20,000 nt of DNA from an uncultured virus (IMG/VR IMGVR_UViG_3300030116_004023) (lineage: Duplodnaviria > Heunggongvirae > Uroviricota > Caudoviricetes). Below, in pieces: positions 17,659 to 20,000 of the stretch (the stretch's first letter is position 1; each line of letters starts with the position of its first letter). The DNA is taken from the IMG/VR virus record IMGVR_UViG_3300030116_004023; one strand, given 5' to 3'. The notes under the pieces are model-generated. The model saw only the letters and a program-made list of their open reading frames with translations. It ran no database searches and was not told where the DNA came from. A program made the translations under genes and the position numbers.

Positions 17659-17749
17659 ATTTGAATTTACATTTGGACATCAGCTAACATTGTTTTTAGC
17701 TGGTTTTGTAGTGATTTTTGTAATAGCAAGAATTTATTTTAAGTGGTAA
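17651..17749 (+). CDS. 32-aa single-TM microprotein
   Basis: Not in track. MNEFEFTFGHQLTLFLAGFVVIFVIARIYFKW; AGGGG 5 nt upstream; overlaps the previous stop. Confidence 0.6.
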   Translation: MNEFEFTFGHQLTLFLAGFVVIFVIARIYFKW

Positions 17750-17754
17750 TCAAT

Positions 17755-17895
17755 ATGGATGTAATCGTAGTTAGTATTATATGGTTTATAGCTTTATTAT
17801 CTTTAAAAATGTATAAAGATAAAATTATATACATGCAGAAAGAAAAGATGAGACTTATGGAGGACATATGGACAAAAGAACAAAACAAGAATTAA
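17755..17895 (+). CDS. 46-aa N-terminally membrane-anchored microprotein
   Basis: Not in track. MDVIVVSIIWFIALLSLKMYKDKIIYMQKEKMRLMEDIWTKEQNKN; tiles the gap between neighbours. Confidence 0.55.
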   Translation: MDVIVVSIIWFIALLSLKMYKDKIIYMQKEKMRLMEDIWTKEQNKN

Positions 17896-18098
17896 TAGGT
17901 GTCAGTTTATTGGGTACGGCTTTAGCTATTGGTGTAGCTTATGCTAACAGAAAAAAACTTAAAAGAAATTATGATATTAAAAAACATAACTTTCTTACGT
18001 GGAAGGACAATGCCACTCAGAACACTCTTATAAAAGCCGAAAAGAAAATTAAAGACTTACAAGATAAGAATACTTCAGAAAGACAAATTGCATGGTAG
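17868..18098 (+). CDS. Small single-TM protein with basic tail
   Basis: 76 aa; GGAGG SD; LIGVSLLGTALAIGVAYA followed by RKKLKR. Confidence 0.7.
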   Translation: MDKRTKQELIGVSLLGTALAIGVAYANRKKLKRNYDIKKHNFLTWKDNATQNTLIKAEKKIKDLQDKNTSERQIAW

Positions 18099-18337
18099 AC
18101 ACTTGGACCTACTTCCATAGGTTTGATAACATAGAAACGACTATAGAATGCTTTAAATGTGTAAAAGCATACCCGAAAGAATATAAACCTTTTTTCAATG
18201 TGGGTGGCAACTTAGTTTGTTATGACTGTGTAAATGACTCATCTGCAATTCCTTATAACCTAAAGGATAATTTTCCAGACTTAAAACCTTATTCTTGGTA
18301 TATGGGTAGACCTTCACAAGAAAATAATATACAATAG
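18092..18337 (+). CDS. Small zinc-binding protein (CFKC...CYDC)
   Basis: 81 aa with two CxxC pairs; overlaps the upstream stop. Confidence 0.65.
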   Translation: MVDTWTYFHRFDNIETTIECFKCVKAYPKEYKPFFNVGGNLVCYDCVNDSSAIPYNLKDNFPDLKPYSWYMGRPSQENNIQ

Positions 18338-18339
18338 AA

Positions 18340-18400
18340 TTAGGGTAGGGAATATTGAAATTTTATTTTGATACTTTAAAACACATAATTCCCTGCCTAA
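18340..18400 (+). other. Intergenic hairpin (13-bp stem, AT-rich loop)
   Basis: TTAGGGTAGGGAAT (18340-18353) pairs with ATTCCCTGCCTAA (18388-18400) with one bulge and one G-U. Confidence 0.6.
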
Positions 18401-18406
18401 AAAATT

Positions 18407-18529
18407 ATGACAACAAATTTTACAGAGAAAGAATTATTTTATATACTTCTAAAAAAGTTACATAGGGGAGAACCTTTCTCAGACACGAAAATTTTTGTAA
18501 CAAAGGATAGAGATGGAAGACACATATAA
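18407..18529 (+). CDS. 40-aa hypothetical microprotein
   Basis: Not in track. MTTNFTEKELFYILLKKLHRGEPFSDTKIFVTKDRDGRHI; fills the gap, no SD. Confidence 0.4.
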   Translation: MTTNFTEKELFYILLKKLHRGEPFSDTKIFVTKDRDGRHI

Positions 18530-18884
18530 AAACATAGAAGAGTTTGCCCAAGAGATGGGCATAGAAGGACTTATTACAGCAGATGGCTATGATGAGGCTT
18601 TTGTAGGAGTCGCAGACAGATTTGGTAAAGAACCTGTGGCTGTGTATAGTTACGAAATGTGTATACAAATACTAGTTAGAGATAACGATATGAGTCATGA
18701 AGAAGCCTTAGAATACTTTGAATATAACACTATAGGTGCTTTTTATGACGAAAACCAACCAATTTACATACATTTTAGTGACCATATCTTTAAACCAGCT
18801 ATACAACCTAGTAGAAACGAACACTTAGTACCAAAATTTGCTGATAGAATAGACAACTGCCCACAAGACTGGCTAGGATTATAA
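18513..18884 (+). CDS. Acidic phage hypothetical protein (ADGYDEAFVG...VAVY...EEALEYFEYNTIGA...P type)
   Basis: 123 aa; AAGGA SD; motif pattern recalled from many environmental phage proteins of unknown function. Confidence 0.75.
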   Translation: MEDTYKNIEEFAQEMGIEGLITADGYDEAFVGVADRFGKEPVAVYSYEMCIQILVRDNDMSHEEALEYFEYNTIGAFYDENQPIYIHFSDHIFKPAIQPSRNEHLVPKFADRIDNCPQDWLGL

Positions 18885-18885
18885 T

Positions 18886-19059
18886 ATGCCTACCTATGTG
18901 TATTTGTGTGAAAGGTGTAACAAATCATTCAGCCGCATAGAAAAGTTTAACGCAAATTCTAAAGTAAAGTGTGAGTACTGTGGTAAGAAGAAAGCCATAA
19001 GACAATTTAGCCCCCCGACCGTTTTATATAAGGGAGACGGGTGGTACTCTAAAGACTAA
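18886..19059 (+). CDS. FmdB-family zinc-ribbon protein
   Basis: Not in track (57 aa). MPTYVYLCERCNKSFSRIEKFNANSKVKCEYCGKKKAIRQFSPPTVLYKGDGWYSKD; has the typical N-terminus and KGxGWYxxD tail. Confidence 0.85.
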   Translation: MPTYVYLCERCNKSFSRIEKFNANSKVKCEYCGKKKAIRQFSPPTVLYKGDGWYSKD

Positions 19060-19175
19060 GACTTCAAGTAGTCCACTAAGTTAACGCAAAATATTAGGCA
19101 AGAACCTAAGAGAAACTCCGCCGACACTGTATACTCCTTCAGCATGTCCTCTAACCTAAAGAGTTCGTCAATCAT
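19056..19175 (-). CDS. 39-aa hypothetical microprotein
   Basis: MIDELFRLEDMLKEYTVSAEFLLGSCLIFCVNLVDYLKS; ATGA overlap with the upstream ORF; stop overlaps the convergent FmdB stop. Confidence 0.45.
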   Translation of the reverse strand: MIDELFRLEDMLKEYTVSAEFLLGSCLIFCVNLVDYLKS

Positions 19176-19249
19176 ATTATTAACGCAGCTATTGCCATTA
19201 TTGTTACCATTACTATGAAAGCAAAGATAAACATTTTTAAGTCTTCCAT
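19172..19249 (-). CDS. 25-aa hydrophobic membrane peptide
   Basis: MEDLKMFIFAFIVMVTIMAIAALII; perfect AGGAGG (19255-19260) and AGTATAATA motif (19267-19275) upstream. Confidence 0.7.
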   Translation of the reverse strand: MEDLKMFIFAFIVMVTIMAIAALII

Positions 19250-19266
19250 ATATACCTCCTACAATA

Positions 19267-19275
19267 TATTATACT
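19267..19275 (-). promoter_or_regulatory. AGTATAATA motif (putative late promoter)
   Basis: CTAGTATAATA followed by AGGAGG and ATG, same layout as at 731 and 3964. Confidence 0.7.
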
Positions 19276-19286
19276 AGAAGACTAAC

Positions 19287-19394
19287 TACTATTAACGCTT
19301 GTACTAGAGATAGCCCGAAGGGCGATACTCACTACCACTCCGTTCTCGTTCGAGGATAATTGCTCCGCAAGTTATCAATACTCTAGCGATAGTA
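19287..19394. other. Multibranched inverted-repeat element (structured RNA or ssDNA)
   Basis: Outer arms TACTAT/ATAGTA and CTAGAG/CTCTAG enclose GCCC-GAA-GGGC, CTCG-TT-CGAG and GATAATTGC-TCC-GCAAGTTATC. Confidence 0.55.
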
Positions 19395-19412
19395 ATTTCT
19401 TTTGTTTAGGTG

Positions 19413-19441
19413 TTGACTTTTTATTTTTTATGTTATAGACT
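19413..19441 (+). promoter_or_regulatory. Sigma70-like promoter
   Basis: TTGACT (19413-19418), 17 nt, TAGACT (19436-19441); T-rich spacer resembles that of the 16401 promoter. Confidence 0.55.
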
Positions 19442-19447
19442 AATATT

Positions 19448-19550
19448 CATAGGGTTAGGAAACACGTTAGTATTACTCACTTTCTACTTTCTACTCAACT
19501 CAATAATTCATAACAGCTTTATTGGTTTTCTAACCCTTACTATAACTCTT
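19448..19550 (+). ncRNA. Candidate small RNA with a 13-bp closing stem
   Basis: AGGGTTAGGAAAC (19451-19463) pairs with GTTTTCTAACCCT (19525-19537), one G-U; begins just after the predicted transcription start; no ORF. Confidence 0.35.
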
Positions 19551-19770
19551 TTATAAATACTAAGTACAAATCTATTTATTTCAAAATTTTTAATTTTTTT
19601 TAAAATACACTATAGCCAGAAAACTAAGTACACCATTCTTTACCCCCTCCCCTCCTTAAATATAATTTATATATAAACAACTCCACTTTTATACTGCCAA
19701 ATAATTGAAAATATTACTCTGTTTAGAAAATATACTGTTCCATGCAAAAGCACTGATCGGCACTAGAACA

Positions 19771-20000
19771 GGGGGGCAGGGCGTGGGCGTGGTGGTCGTT
19801 GGTGGCGTTACGTTGGCGTTTAAGGGGTGTTGGTTGGTGCCGGTGGGGTTGTGGGTGGTCGGCGTTGGTTGGGTGGTGTCTCGTGGTCTTGTGGCTCGTG
19901 GTTGGGTTGGGTGTTGGGTTTGGCGTTGGGTTGGTGGTTGGGTTGGCGTGGTTGGGGTGCATGGCTTGGGGGTTCTCTAGTAGTTTGGGGTTTGGTTTGG
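19771..20000 (+). repeat. G/T-skewed low-complexity tract with many GG/GGG runs
   Basis: Abrupt change from AT-rich DNA to GGTTGGG/GGCGT(T/G)GG-type degenerate units with very few A; continues past the window end. Confidence 0.8.

Noticed and set aside
16550..18668. Minus-strand ORFs 16550..16804 and 18420..18668
   Set aside because: Antisense to well-supported, tightly packed plus-strand genes
19287..19394. tRNA or hammerhead ribozyme
   Set aside because: No proper T-arm/anticodon-arm geometry or CCA end; no CUGAUGA core on either strand
19610..19660. AAGGAGGGGAGGGGG followed by ATG (19636, minus strand)
   Set aside because: The ORF is only 8 codons (MVYLVFWL); cannot be supported as a gene
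19705..19980. ORFs 19705..19980 (+) and 19723..19962 (-)
   Set aside because: Products of the G/T tract (V/G/W or P/T/H/N-rich), with no SD and composition unlike the other genes

Overview
AT-rich fragment of a large tailed-phage genome; host not determinable from this window. Bases 1-16200 form a minus-strand structural (late) block. It contains a modular fibre cassette: a 1157-aa fibre ending ...GFATAMAIAL, a 108-aa putative adaptor, an 862-aa fibre with a predicted 7-blade propeller tip, an 89-aa partner, and a second fibre with an ~89% identical N-terminus that the ORF track missed. The block also encodes a coiled-coil protein, several basic or low-complexity probable head-internal proteins (one of 1395 aa), a thermonuclease and a membrane protein. 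After a very AT-rich strand switch at ~16250-16450 comes a plus-strand cluster of small genes: thioredoxin, several zinc-ribbon proteins and single-TM microproteins. A phage-specific motif, WAGTATAATA (a -10 box with no obvious -35), precedes at least seven genes on both strands. The last ~750 bp are non-coding: a multibranched inverted-repeat element, a promoter followed by a long hairpin, and a strongly G/T-skewed, G-tract-rich stretch running off the window.
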